In this document: in pieces, positions 9,313 through 19,219 of the stretch
How the letters are laid out: each line of letters begins with the position of its first letter
Numbering within the stretch: the first letter of the stretch is position 1
Origin: Escherichia coli
GTDB taxonomy: Bacteria; Pseudomonadota; Gammaproteobacteria; Enterobacterales; Enterobacteriaceae
Reading direction: 5' to 3' (one strand)
Length of the DNA: 64,000 nucleotides
NCBI RefSeq assembly: GCF_013315695.1
Contig: NZ_CP054356.1
Notes under the pieces: generated by a model
Database searches by the model: none
Seen by the model: only the letters and a program-made list of their open reading frames with translations
What the model was told of the DNA's origin: nothing
Position numbers and translations under genes: made by a program

Positions 9313-10239
9313 ATGCCAAACTGGTGCTCGAATCGTATGTATTTTTCTGGTGAACCGGCACAGATCGCTGAGATTAAACGACTGGCCAGCGGTGCAGTCA
9401 CACCGTTTTATCGCCGCGCCACAAATGAAGGTATTCAGCTGTTTCTGGCCGGAAGTGCCGGACTTCTGCAGACCACTGAAGATGTGCGGTTTGAACCATG
9501 CCCCGGACTGACGGCTGCCGGACGTGGTGTTTTATCGCCGGAGAATATCACGTTCACCCGCTGGCTGAAGCACCTGCAGGACGGTGTACTGCTGGATGAG
9601 CAAAACTGCCTGATGCTGCATGAACTCTGGCTGCAGAGCGGTACTGGACAGCGTCGCTGGGAAGGGTTACCGGATGATGTCAGGGAAACTATCACTGTGC
9701 ATTTCACCGCAAAAAGAGGTGACTGGTGTGACATCTGGGGTAACGAGGATGTATCGGTGTGGTGGAACCGTCTGTGTGACAACGTACTGCCGGAAAAAAC
9801 CATGCCGTTTGACCTGCTGACGGTTTTGCCGACCCGCCTGGATATTGAAGTGAATGGCTTTAACGGCGGTGTTCTGAACGGTGTTCCTTCTGCATATCAC
9901 TGGTATACAGAACGGTATGGCGTGAAGTGGCCTTGTGGGTATGACCTGAATATCAGCAGTCAGGGGGAAAACTTCATTCAGGTAGATTTCGACACGCCGT
10001 GGTGTCAGCCGGAAAGCGACGTTGTTGCAGAATTAAGCCGCCGTTTCGGCTGCACGCTGGAGCACTGGTACGCCGAACAGGGCTGCAATTTCTGTGGCTG
10101 GCAGTTGTATGAGCGCGGAGAGCTTGTTGATGTGCTGTGGGGGGAACTGGAATGGTCTTCCCCGACAGATGACGATGAGCTGCCGGAAGTCACCGGACCT
10201 GCGTGGATAGTCGACAATGTGGCGCATTATGGCGGATGA
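9313..10239 (+). CDS. Hypothetical Trp/Cys-rich leading-region protein (about 308 aa)
   Basis: ORF with SD AGGA upstream of ATG 9313 (track gives alternative GTG 9298); motifs PNWCSNRMYF, WCDIWGNEDVSVWWNRLCDN, GCNFCGWQL; no family recognised with confidence. Confidence 0.6.
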   Translation: MPNWCSNRMYFSGEPAQIAEIKRLASGAVTPFYRRATNEGIQLFLAGSAGLLQTTEDVRFEPCPGLTAAGRGVLSPENITFTRWLKHLQDGVLLDEQNCLMLHELWLQSGTGQRRWEGLPDDVRETITVHFTAKRGDWCDIWGNEDVSVWWNRLCDNVLPEKTMPFDLLTVLPTRLDIEVNGFNGGVLNGVPSAYHWYTERYGVKWPCGYDLNISSQGENFIQVDFDTPWCQPESDVVAELSRRFGCTLEHWYAEQGCNFCGWQLYERGELVDVLWGELEWSSPTDDDELPEVTGPAWIVDNVAHYGG

Positions 10240-10287
10240 AGTATGACGGAGACGGGCGGGCAACCGCCCGTTTCTTTTCCGGTAAAG

Positions 10288-10598
10288 GATGTCGCCGTGC
10301 TCCTCTTTTTACTGCGCCGGCTGACGCGGCGCGGCATAAACGCTGCCTGTGGTCAGTGTCCCGCGTCCGGTGGGCACGGGACGGGCGCTTTTACCGCTCC
10401 CGGCTGGCGTCGGTGACAGTGTACGCCAGCCTGTCGCCCTTTTCTGATGAACGCCCTTCAAGCCGCTTTCGCGGCATAGCCTTGCCGTCAGAAAGACGAC
10501 GGCTGCGGTATTCCACGGTCGGCCTGACCCGTTACCGGACGCGGTGAACAGCCCACAGGCAGCGGGGAACGGGCACCACAGGGGTGCCCTCCCGGTGC
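10288..10598 (+). repeat. Leading-region structured repeat, family A copy 2 (Frpo/ssi-like)
   Basis: Near-identical to 8981-9290; ends just before RBS of methyltransferase gene. Confidence 0.6.
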
Positions 10599-10622
10599 CC
10601 TCTGTAAGAGAAGGAGTTTTGT

Positions 10623-11306
10623 ATGTCCCGTTTTGTCCTCGGTAACTGCATCGATGTTATGGCCCGTATTCCTGATAACGCCATTGATTTCATACTGACT
10701 GACCCGCCGTACCTCGTCGGTTTCCGTGACCGTTCCGGGCGCACCATTGCCGGTGATGTTAATGATGACTGGCTGCAACCTGCCAGCAATGAGATGTACC
10801 GCGTACTCAAAAAAGACGCGCTGATGGTCAGCTTCTACGGCTGGAACCGTGTCGATCGCTTTATGGCCGCCTGGAAACGCGCCGGATTCAGCGTGGCAGG
10901 GCACCTCGTGTTCACCAAAAACTACACATCCAAATCTGCGTATGTCGCGTACCGTCACGAATGCGCTTACATCCTGGCAAAGGGCAGTCCGGCCCGGCCC
11001 CGTAACCCTCTGCCGGATGTGCTGGGCTGGAAATATTCAGGCAATCGTCATCACCCGACGGAAAAGCCCGTTACCAGCCTGCAACCACTGATTGAGAGCT
11101 TCACACATCCGAACGCGATTGTGCTGGACCCGTTTGCAGGCAGCGGCTCAACCTGCGTCGCTGCCCTCCAGTCCGGACGCCGGTATATCGGTATCGAGCT
11201 GCTTGAACAGTATCACCGTGCCGGACAGCAACGACTGGCCGCCGTGCAACGGGCCATGCAGCAGGGGGCCGCGAATGATAACTGGTTTGAACCGGAGGCT
11301 GCGTAA
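10623..11306 (+). CDS. Orphan DNA methyltransferase (N6-adenine/N4-cytosine type, beta-class)
   Basis: Motif IV TDPPY precedes motif I DPFAGSGST; 227 aa; typical leading-region orphan MTase. Confidence 0.85.
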   Translation: MSRFVLGNCIDVMARIPDNAIDFILTDPPYLVGFRDRSGRTIAGDVNDDWLQPASNEMYRVLKKDALMVSFYGWNRVDRFMAAWKRAGFSVAGHLVFTKNYTSKSAYVAYRHECAYILAKGSPARPRNPLPDVLGWKYSGNRHHPTEKPVTSLQPLIESFTHPNAIVLDPFAGSGSTCVAALQSGRRYIGIELLEQYHRAGQQRLAAVQRAMQQGAANDNWFEPEAA

Positions 11307-11528
11307 ATGAACTATGCCGGACACGAAAAACTTCGCGCCGACGTGGCGGAGGTGGCCAACACCATGTGTGACCTTCGGGCCAGGCTGAACGATATGGAGC
11401 ATCGCTGTCGCTTTGATTCCGATGTGCTTGTTGAACGCCTGACACGCCAGACGCTGTATCGCGCCAATCGCCTGTTCATGGAGGCGTATACCGAAATTCT
11501 GGAACTGGATTCCTGCTTCAAAGATTGA
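11307..11528 (+). CDS. Hypothetical small protein (73 aa)
   Basis: ATG overlaps methyltransferase stop (TAAATG); operon context only. Confidence 0.5.
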   Translation: MNYAGHEKLRADVAEVANTMCDLRARLNDMEHRCRFDSDVLVERLTRQTLYRANRLFMEAYTEILELDSCFKD

Positions 11529-11541
11529 GAAGGAGACGAGA

Positions 11542-11976
11542 ATGTACGGAACATGCGAAACGCTATGCCGGGAGCTGGCAGCAAAGTATTCGGGAGACAC
11601 GCCACTGATGCTGGTTATCTGGTCCCCGGAAGAAATTCAGGCCCTCTCTGACGGAATGGATATTGCCCTGACCGATCATGAAATCAGGACTGTCCTGGCG
11701 CGCCTGGAGGACATCCCGGAAGACCAGCGGACTGAATCCGGTATTTCTTCCGGCGTGGCGATGGAGATCATCAATAACGTGAGCGAAAACCGCCAGGTGA
11801 CTGTCCCTGCTGAACTGCTGGCGTCCCTGATTCAGACCGCTGAACAGGCATTGTGGAAACGTGAATGGGCCGCCCGGGATCATGGCCTCGCCGTCCCGGA
11901 ATGCGTCACCCGCCGTCAGGCGGTGGTTAATCAGGTCCGCATCCTGCTGAAAAACAACACACACGAAAACGACTGA
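11542..11976 (+). CDS. Hypothetical leading-region protein, paralog of 13679-14098 (possibly DUF1380-type)
   Basis: Good RBS GAGAAGGAG; shares MY(G/C)T start and R-x-VTVPA-x-LL motif with ORF 13679. Confidence 0.6.
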   Translation: MYGTCETLCRELAAKYSGDTPLMLVIWSPEEIQALSDGMDIALTDHEIRTVLARLEDIPEDQRTESGISSGVAMEIINNVSENRQVTVPAELLASLIQTAEQALWKREWAARDHGLAVPECVTRRQAVVNQVRILLKNNTHEND

Positions 11977-12020
11977 TGTTATCGCCGCCTCCGGGCGGCG
12001 ATACAGGGAGTTCATGAATT

Positions 12021-12791
12021 ATGAATGAAATGCTGAATGCACTGATTTATCGCCACGCCAGCAACCTGTTGCTGGCGCAGGGCTGGCCGGAAGAGACGGA
12101 TGTTGACCAGCGTAACCCGAAGTATCCGGGCTGGATCAGCATTTACGTGCGGCTGGATGCGCCCCGGCTGGCGACGTTACTTATCAAGCGTCACGGCGGC
12201 GTACTGCCGCCGCTCCTGGCCTCTGCCATTCAGAAACTGACCGGAACCGGAGCGGAACTTGTTCTGTCCGGCAGTCAGTGGCAGTCGCTGCCGGTACTTC
12301 CGGCAGACGGAACGCAGGTGTCTTTCCCGTATGCCGGTGAGTGGCTGGCAGAGGACGAAATCAGGGCCGTTCTTGGTGCGGTACGCGATGCAGTATGCAG
12401 TGTCAGTTACCAGGTGGCAGAAGATGCGCGGCGTATCCGTGCGGCGCTGACCACCACCGGTCAGACGTTGCTGACCCGCCAGACGCGCCGCTTTCGCCTG
12501 GTGGTGAAGGAAAGCGATCACCCCTGCTGGCTCGATGAAGACGACGAAAACCTGCCCGTGGTGCTCGATGCCATCCTGAACCGGGGCGCTCGTTTTTCGT
12601 CGGTGGAAATGTATCTGGTCAGTGAGTGTGTGGAGCATATCCTGTCCAGTGGGCTGGCCTGCGATATGCTGCGTATACCGGATGAACCGCCCCGCCGCTG
12701 GTTTGACCGTGGTGTTCTGCGGGAGGTGGTCCGGGAAGCCCGGAACGAAATCCGCAGCATGGCGGATGCCCTGGCAAAAATCCGGAAATGA
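12021..12791 (+). CDS. Hypothetical protein (256 aa)
   Basis: RBS AGGGAG 10 nt upstream; codon usage consistent with neighbours; no family recognised. Confidence 0.55.
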   Translation: MNEMLNALIYRHASNLLLAQGWPEETDVDQRNPKYPGWISIYVRLDAPRLATLLIKRHGGVLPPLLASAIQKLTGTGAELVLSGSQWQSLPVLPADGTQVSFPYAGEWLAEDEIRAVLGAVRDAVCSVSYQVAEDARRIRAALTTTGQTLLTRQTRRFRLVVKESDHPCWLDEDDENLPVVLDAILNRGARFSSVEMYLVSECVEHILSSGLACDMLRIPDEPPRRWFDRGVLREVVREARNEIRSMADALAKIRK

Positions 12792-12847
12792 TGACGCTGG
12801 CGGGGAAAAATCTCCGCCTTTTCCAGTCGGTCCCCGGAAAGAGCAAA

Positions 12848-13200
12848 AGGATGTCGCCGCAGGCTCCTCTTTACCCGGCCATGTGGGGCATGGCCTTGTG
12901 GGTTTTCAGTTATGTGGCCTCAGCGTCGTGTGCGGGCTGTGCCGTGCCTCCATCGTAGCCGGGCTTCTGCGGGCGGGTTGCAAGGTAAGGTGAACCGCTG
13001 CGGTCACCCGGTCCCTCCTTCCCGTCTGCCGTGATTTTCCGGTCGTTCACCCGCTCAGATTTCGCGGTCTCACCCTTCAACTCCCGTCAGCCGTGCGCGT
13101 CAGGCTGCGGCTTCCCTTGCGCCCTTGCAACCCTGCAGGCCCGGCAAAGATGGAGGCACGGCACCGCCCGGTGTCGCGGAATATGTGAACAACGGAGGAA
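12848..13200 (+). repeat. Divergent family-A-related structured element upstream of klcA
   Basis: Begins with the same AAGGATGTCGCCG..GCTCCTCTTT motif as family A copies, then diverges; GC-rich with inverted repeats. Confidence 0.45.
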
Positions 13201-13206
13201 AACATC

Positions 13207-13632
13207 ATGCAATATGCGAAACCTGTCACTCTGAACGTTGAAGAGTGTGACCGTCTCTCCTTTCTGCCTTACCTGTTTGGCAACGATTTTCTGTATGCCG
13301 AGGCGTATGTGTACGCGCTGGCGCAAAAAATGATGCCGGAATATCAGGGAGGCTTCTGGCATTTCATCCGCCTGCCGGACGGTGGCGGTTACATGATGCC
13401 GGATGGCGACCGTTTTCATCTGGTCAACGGTGAAAACTGGTTTGACCGCACTGTGAGTGCTGATGCCGCAGGTATCATCCTGACTTCCCTTGTGATTAAC
13501 CGCCAGTTGTGGCTGTACCACGACAGCGGGGATGCGGGACTGACACACCTTTACCGGATGCGCGATGCGCAGTTGTGGAGCCACATCGAATTTCACCCCG
13601 AATGCAATGCGATTTACGCGGCACTTGACTGA
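13207..13632 (+). CDS. klcA: Antirestriction protein KlcA/ArdB family
   Basis: 141 aa; size, leading-region position and motifs ([21 protein letters not shown]) consistent with recalled KlcA/ArdB. Confidence 0.65.
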   Translation: MQYAKPVTLNVEECDRLSFLPYLFGNDFLYAEAYVYALAQKMMPEYQGGFWHFIRLPDGGGYMMPDGDRFHLVNGENWFDRTVSADAAGIILTSLVINRQLWLYHDSGDAGLTHLYRMRDAQLWSHIEFHPECNAIYAALD

Positions 13633-13678
13633 TTAACGGACGGGGCGGCGATGCCGCCCCTGTAAAGGAGACGAGAAC

Positions 13679-14098
13679 ATGTACTGTACTGTTAAAGAAA
13701 TTATCCGCGAAGTGCTGGATACAGACGTGCCGGACAGTGAATGCGTTTTTGCCGTGGTGCTGACCCGTGGGGATGTGCGTCACATAGCCCAGGACTGGAG
13801 TCTGACAGACGATGAGCTGGAAACCGTCATGCAGCGGCTGGACGATGCCTTTGAGCATGGTGCTGATGTCAGCATTGTTCACGACGTTGTTCGTGAACTG
13901 ATGGAGGAAAAGCGCGTAAACCGTCTTGTAACAGTCCCTGCGGTGCTGCTGGAAAAAGTGATGGTGATGGCTGGTAGTGAAATTTATCGCCTCCATGCTG
14001 TAGGGAGCGAGAACGGGGGCGACGGTGACGCATTTGTCAGGGAAGAACGTGAGATTATGCGGGTGATGCGTCAGGCGCTGGACGGGGAGAATGGGTAA
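13679..14098 (+). CDS. Hypothetical leading-region protein, paralog of 11542-11976
   Basis: RBS AAAGGAGA; shared motifs with ORF 11542 (VTVPAVLLEKV). Confidence 0.6.
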   Translation: MYCTVKEIIREVLDTDVPDSECVFAVVLTRGDVRHIAQDWSLTDDELETVMQRLDDAFEHGADVSIVHDVVRELMEEKRVNRLVTVPAVLLEKVMVMAGSEIYRLHAVGSENGGDGDAFVREEREIMRVMRQALDGENG

Positions 14099-14289
14099 TG
14101 AATATCAGCAAGGAAACCCGCGAAATTCTGCGTAATTACAGGGCCGTGATTAATGCGCGGCGTCGTGAAATGGGGCAGAAACCGCTCACCACCGCGCAGA
14201 TTGTTGATGAAATATGTGATTTTGTGGTGAATCAGCAGGCTGTTTTCCTCGGTGGTCACTACATCCTTCAGGGCAGCAGGCACAGGTGA
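14098..14289 (+). CDS. Hypothetical small protein (63 aa)
   Basis: ATG overlaps previous stop (TAATG); operon context. Confidence 0.45.
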   Translation: MNISKETREILRNYRAVINARRREMGQKPLTTAQIVDEICDFVVNQQAVFLGGHYILQGSRHR

Positions 14290-14490
14290 TACAGGGCAGG
14301 CGGTGGAGGCCGCCTGTCAGCCCGCGCGAAAACCCCTGGCAGGCTGGCGCCTGCCGGAAGGGAAGCGGGCCACGCTGGCGCGTCGCCCGTTACCCTTCCC
14401 GTTTGTGATGTGTCCGGAATGTTTTTTCCTGATGTTATGTTTCTGTGGTTACTGTTCTTCTTCTTCCTCTTCTTTCCGTTCCTCTCCTGT

Positions 14491-15025
14491 TTATGCCTTT
14501 TCCGGGCGTCCCCCTGGCGGGGCGGGCTGTCGTGAACGGAGCCAGCGGAGCTGTCTCCGCCCTGGCGGGCTTCCATCCCTGACGCAAAACCCCGGGTTTG
14601 CAGCGACCGGAACGGTCGCGCCACCCCTGTCGCGCCGTGGCCTGCGCTCCCGGCATCCCGGCAAAAAGACGCCGGGATGTAAGGAGCAACGCCGTTTCGC
14701 AAACCGCGCTTCACGTCGTTGCAGCGGGTCCCTGCTCATTGCCTGCCGGGTGCCACACACCCGTATGAGTCCCTGTCGCCGGGGGCATAGACAGCCACAA
14801 CCTGCCGCACTGACTGTCCAGGGTAAATGAACAGCCCACAAAATTTTTTACCTAAAACCCGGTAAAAAATTTTGCGTTCTGCCCAGGACAGGTGCGTCAG
14901 GCCGTGGCAGTGATGCCCCTTGCGGCGAAGGTTCTCAAACGGGTGAAGTTCATACCACAGGGAATACAGCAGCAGGTTCCCGCGAAACGTCAAAACCGCG
15001 GCTCCCGAAACTCAACGGGTGATGT
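14491..15025 (+). repeat. Leading-region structured repeat, family B copy 1 (Frpo/ssi-like candidate ssDNA promoter)
   Basis: About 530 bp repeated at 17774-18300 and 23191-23740; contains perfect 14-bp inverted repeat CAAAATTTTTTACC/GGTAAAAAATTTTG (about 14839-14874). Confidence 0.6.
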
Positions 15026-15256
15026 TCTTTAAAAATCAGGATTTATTTCAGGCTCCGGCAATACGCATTTATGTGTTCTGTCAGTCATCCGGCTGGCAGG
15101 TAATGAAAACGCAGGAACAGAAGGAGGAAAACACCGGAAAGCGTCAGATGCAGATATGAAAAAAAGCAGGTCAGGGACCTGCTTAATCCACGCCGTAAGA
15201 ATTGTGCGACCAATTTTGACGGCATTGTTAACCAATTTGTCATAAGGAATCCATTT

Positions 15257-15487
15257 ATGACTGTAAGCATTGTTTCACCTTCCGCAGCGGCTGTAAAGCC
15301 CCGCCGTCATCCCCGTTTCAGACGCGAAGACATCCCCGCGCCGGAACTTGACCCCGTGCTGAAAGCCTTCGGGCGACACATTGCCCGGAGTTTTCGCCGG
15401 GGGCGTGGTGTACACATCCCCGCCATGAAAAACACGGCCTTCGGGCAGGTGCTCCGCACACTCGAACTGAAACGCGCTTTTAACTGA
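15257..15487 (+). CDS. Hypothetical small basic protein (76 aa, Arg-rich)
   Basis: RBS AAGGAA; first gene after family B copy 1; RRHPRFRRED..RSFRRGRG. Confidence 0.5.
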   Translation: MTVSIVSPSAAAVKPRRHPRFRREDIPAPELDPVLKAFGRHIARSFRRGRGVHIPAMKNTAFGQVLRTLELKRAFN

Positions 15488-15538
15488 TGAGGTGAGCCGC
15501 CCCGCGAGGGGCGGCAACAGACGGAAGGAGAACATTTT

Positions 15539-16900
15539 ATGACATTAGCAGCAATCACCATGACCGCCCCGGAAGCCGCCAGCCCTGTGCAGATGTACCG
15601 CGCGACCTACTCACCGGATGACAACAAACTGCGCCTGTATGCCGTGTCACGTCTTGACCCGGAGACGTATAAAAAAGTGCATGATGCCGGTTTTCGCTGG
15701 GCACCAGAACAGGCGCTGTTTGTGGCTCCAGCCTGGACACCGGGCCGGGAAGACGTGCTCCTCTCACTTGCCGGAGAGATTGAGGATGAAGACAGCACGC
15801 TCGCTGAACGTCAGGAAGCACGGGCGGAGCGGTTTACCGGATACAGCGGAAAGCGGGCCAGTGAATCCGCACAGGCACTTGATGAAGTGGAAAGACTGGC
15901 CGCGATGATCCCGCCCGGTCAGCCCATTCTTGTGGGGCATCACAGCGAACGCCGCGCCCGTCGTGATGCGCAGCGTATTGAAAACGGCATGAAACGTGCC
16001 GTGATGCTCTTTGAACGTGCGGAATACTGGGAAGAACGTGCGCGGTCGGCACTGCTTCACGCGAAGTATAAAGAACGTCCGGACGTTCGCTGGCGTCGTA
16101 TCAAAAAAATCGAAGCTGATTTGCGCAAGGCTGAAAAGACCATCGCACAGTCGCAGAAATATCTGACGATGTGGCGGGCTGAATCGCTGGATCTGAATAT
16201 GGCAAAACTCATCAGCAGTCATGACCATATCAGCGCCTGTTTCCCGCTGGATACGTATCCGCGCCCGGCAGAAAAAAGCCAGTATGAAGGAAGTCGATCG
16301 TTATGGTCGGCCCTGGATGATGACATCATCACCACGGAGCAGGCCCGCGAAATTGCGATCCGCTGTCATGAACGGCAGATTCAGCATCAGCAACGCTGGG
16401 TTAACCACTATCAGAACCGCCTGATCTATGAGCGTGCCATGCTGGACGAAAGCGGCGGCGTGGTTACCCGGACACAGGATTTTGAGCCGGGCGGACAGGT
16501 TTTCAGCCGGGGCGAGTGGCTGACCATCATCCGCGTGAACAAAAGCAACGGGGCGGTGAGTTCAGTCACAACGCCGAATTACAGTTTTCTCGGGTACAGC
16601 GGCACGATGAAAGTGACGCCCGATCGCATCACGGACTACAAAGCACCATCGGCAGAAGAGGCTGCCGTCGCCAGCCAGGCCGCGAAGCGTCCGCCGGTAG
16701 TCAACTATCCGGGGGAAGGTTTCCGGGAAATGACAAAGGCGCAGTGGGCCGCCCTGCCCCGGGACTGTAAGGCCGTGCGCAGTGTGGCAGAGACAGAAGA
16801 CCACGGGGCATACCGCTACCGCCGCACAATGGACAATAATTTCCGCCTGGTGAATGTGTATATCACCGACATGAAAATCACGGAAATCCCGCAGAAATAA
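15539..16900 (+). CDS. Hypothetical leading-region protein (453 aa)
   Basis: Strong RBS GAAGGAGA; long ORF with Arg/Glu-rich helical central region; no family assigned with confidence. Confidence 0.65.
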   Translation: MTLAAITMTAPEAASPVQMYRATYSPDDNKLRLYAVSRLDPETYKKVHDAGFRWAPEQALFVAPAWTPGREDVLLSLAGEIEDEDSTLAERQEARAERFTGYSGKRASESAQALDEVERLAAMIPPGQPILVGHHSERRARRDAQRIENGMKRAVMLFERAEYWEERARSALLHAKYKERPDVRWRRIKKIEADLRKAEKTIAQSQKYLTMWRAESLDLNMAKLISSHDHISACFPLDTYPRPAEKSQYEGSRSLWSALDDDIITTEQAREIAIRCHERQIQHQQRWVNHYQNRLIYERAMLDESGGVVTRTQDFEPGGQVFSRGEWLTIIRVNKSNGAVSSVTTPNYSFLGYSGTMKVTPDRITDYKAPSAEEAAVASQAAKRPPVVNYPGEGFREMTKAQWAALPRDCKAVRSVAETEDHGAYRYRRTMDNNFRLVNVYITDMKITEIPQK

Positions 16901-16946
16901 GGTATATCCCCCCGGGAAATCCCCGGGGGATGACGGAGATAATGAT

Positions 16947-17510
16947 ATGCACAGTCAGTTAAAAGAACGTATCCGGCTGATGCGCGCAAGGCTGGATAAC
17001 GCCGCGCCGGTTGCTGAAATCCGGGCTGAATCTCAGCTTTTTGTGACTCCTGCCCCGGTCTGTGATCGCCTGGTGACGCTGGCGGAGATCAGCAACCGTG
17101 ATCACATTCTGGAACCCTCTGCCGGCACCGGGGCCATACTGCGGGCGATTCGTCATGTCGCGCCGGGGGCCATGTGTGATGCGGTGGAGATTAACAGCGG
17201 GCTGGTCCGGTATCTGCGGGATAATTTTAACGGTGTCAGGGTTCAGTGTGGCGACTTCATGGAATGGCAGCCGGTGCAGTATTACAGCCGGATTATCATG
17301 AATCCGCCGTTCAGTCACGGGCAGGATATCCGGCATATCCTGCGGGCTTTTTCCCTGTTGCGTCCGGGTGGTGTGCTGGTTGCCGTCTGTCTGAACGGGC
17401 CGCGCCAGCAGGAGAAGCTGTTACCGTTTTCTGATGTCCGCGAGGTGCTGCCGTGCGGCACATTTGCTTATACCCGTGTTCCGACGATGATTATTCGTCT
17501 GCGTGCCTGA
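16947..17510 (+). CDS. Small orphan SAM-dependent DNA methyltransferase (N6-adenine type)
   Basis: Motif I EPSAGTGA and motif IV NPPF; 187 aa; RBS GGAG. Confidence 0.7.
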   Translation: MHSQLKERIRLMRARLDNAAPVAEIRAESQLFVTPAPVCDRLVTLAEISNRDHILEPSAGTGAILRAIRHVAPGAMCDAVEINSGLVRYLRDNFNGVRVQCGDFMEWQPVQYYSRIIMNPPFSHGQDIRHILRAFSLLRPGGVLVAVCLNGPRQQEKLLPFSDVREVLPCGTFAYTRVPTMIIRLRA

Positions 17511-17687
17511 TGACTCCGGGCAGGCGGGAGGATAAATGCCCGTCTGCCCGCGCCGGGAAAAGACCGCGCGCCGGTGGCGCTGAAAGGGGCCGCGCTTACG
17601 CGCCGCCCCTTTCATTACGCGGACGTTCTGCTGTGGGCTTCTGTCTTTTCAGACCTGTCATTTGCCTGTTACTGATGATGTTGTTGT

Positions 17688-17722
17688 TCCTGCTACTGCT
17701 ACTGCTACTGCTACTGCTACTG
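17688..17722. repeat. Tandem hexanucleotide repeat (TGCTAC)n, about 5 units
   Basis: CTGCTACTGCTACTGCTACTGCTACTGCTACTG in pyrimidine-rich tract preceding family B copy 2. Confidence 0.8.
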
Positions 17723-17773
17723 TTCTTCTTTTTTCTGCTGCTCTGATTACTGTCTGTTTTGTTGTTCTCCTGC

Positions 17774-18300
17774 TTATGCCTTTTCCGGGCGTCCCCCTGG
17801 CGGGGCGGGCTGTCGTGAACGGAGCCAGCGGAGCTGTCTCCGCCCTGGCGGGCTTCCATCCCTGACGCAAAAACCCGGGTTTGCAGCGACCGGAACGGTC
17901 GCGCCACCCTTGTCGCGCCGTGGCCTGCGCTCCCGGCATCCCGGCAAAAGACGCCGGGATGTAAGGAGCAACGCTGTTTCGCAAACCGCGCTTCACGTCG
18001 TTGCGGCGGGTCCCTGCCCGTTGTTCTGTCCGGTGCCATTCACCTGTTTAAGCCCCTGTCGCCGGGGGCTGATACAGCCACAACCTGCCGCACTGACTGT
18101 CCAGGGTAAATGAACAGCCCACAAAATTTTTTACCCAAAACCCGGTAAAAAATTTTGCGTTCTGCCCAGGACAGGTGCGTCAGGCCGTGGCAGTGATGCC
18201 CCATGCGGCGAAGGTTCTCAAACAGGTGATGGTGAATACCGGAGGGAACAAAAGGCAGGTCCCCGCAAAACGTCAAAACCGCGGCTCCCGAAACTCAACA
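17774..18300 (+). repeat. Leading-region structured repeat, family B copy 2 (Frpo/ssi-like), upstream of ssb
   Basis: Near-identical to 14491-15025 and 23191-23740. Confidence 0.6.
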
Positions 18301-18340
18301 GATGATGGGGGCTGAAAACATCAACAGAAGGAGACACATC

Positions 18341-18868
18341 ATGGCAGTTCGTGGCATTAACAAGGTCATTCTTGTCGGTCGTCTGGGAAAAGATCCGGAA
18401 GTCCGTTACATCCCCAACGGGGGCGCAGTGGCAAACCTGCAGGTGGCCACGTCAGAAACCTGGCGCGACAAACAGACGGGGGAAATGAAGGAGCAGACGG
18501 AATGGCACCGCGTGGTGCTGTTCGGCAAGCTCGCGGAAGTGGCAGGTGAATATCTGCGTAAGGGGGCGCAGGTCTACATTGAAGGCCAGCTTCGCACCCG
18601 TAGCTGGGAAGATAACGGTATTACCCGTTACGTCACCGAAATCCTTGTTAAAACCACGGGCACCATGCAGATGCTGGGGAGTGCACCACAGCAGAACGCT
18701 CAGGTGCAACCGCAGCCTCAGCAGAATGGTCAGTCACAGAGTGCTGACGCGACGAAAAAAGGGAGCGCGAAAACGAAAGGCCGTGGACGTAAGGCTGCGC
18801 AGCCGGAGCCTCAGCCGCAACCACCGGAGGGGGAGGATTACGGGTTTTCAGACGATATCCCGTTCTGA
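18341..18868 (+). CDS. ssb: Plasmid single-stranded DNA-binding protein SSB
   Basis: [23 protein letters not shown].. OB-fold N-terminus and acidic C-terminal tail DDIPF; track ORF extended to upstream ATG 18302. Confidence 0.95.
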   Translation: MAVRGINKVILVGRLGKDPEVRYIPNGGAVANLQVATSETWRDKQTGEMKEQTEWHRVVLFGKLAEVAGEYLRKGAQVYIEGQLRTRSWEDNGITRYVTEILVKTTGTMQMLGSAPQQNAQVQPQPQQNGQSQSADATKKGSAKTKGRGRKAAQPEPQPQPPEGEDYGFSDDIPF

Positions 18869-18886
18869 CTGGCCTGACTGTGATAA

Positions 18887-19159
<273 letters not shown>

Positions 19160-19219
19160 GAGAGGTGCCGGACGGGGATCACGTCCGGCAGACATTAACT
19201 ACACAATAAGGGGATAGTC

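Noticed and set aside
8835-10958. Multiple ORFs on both strands within family A repeats (e.g. 8908-9186, 9183-9401, 10203-10547, 10488-10958)
   Set aside because: GC-rich repeated sequence with no RBS; the same frames recur because the DNA is repeated; they overlap better-supported + strand genes.
11101-12846. Minus-strand ORFs overlapping the methyltransferase and 256-aa genes (e.g. 11148-11600, 11563-12015, 12177-12638)
   Set aside because: Antisense to well-supported + strand genes with RBSs; typical high-GC antisense ORFs.
14252-18276. Long ORFs on both strands inside family B repeats (e.g. 14252-14830, 14268-14714, 17596-18039, 17658-17996, 23079-23414)
   Set aside because: Same explanation: high-GC repeated non-coding elements give long spurious ORFs that recur in each copy.
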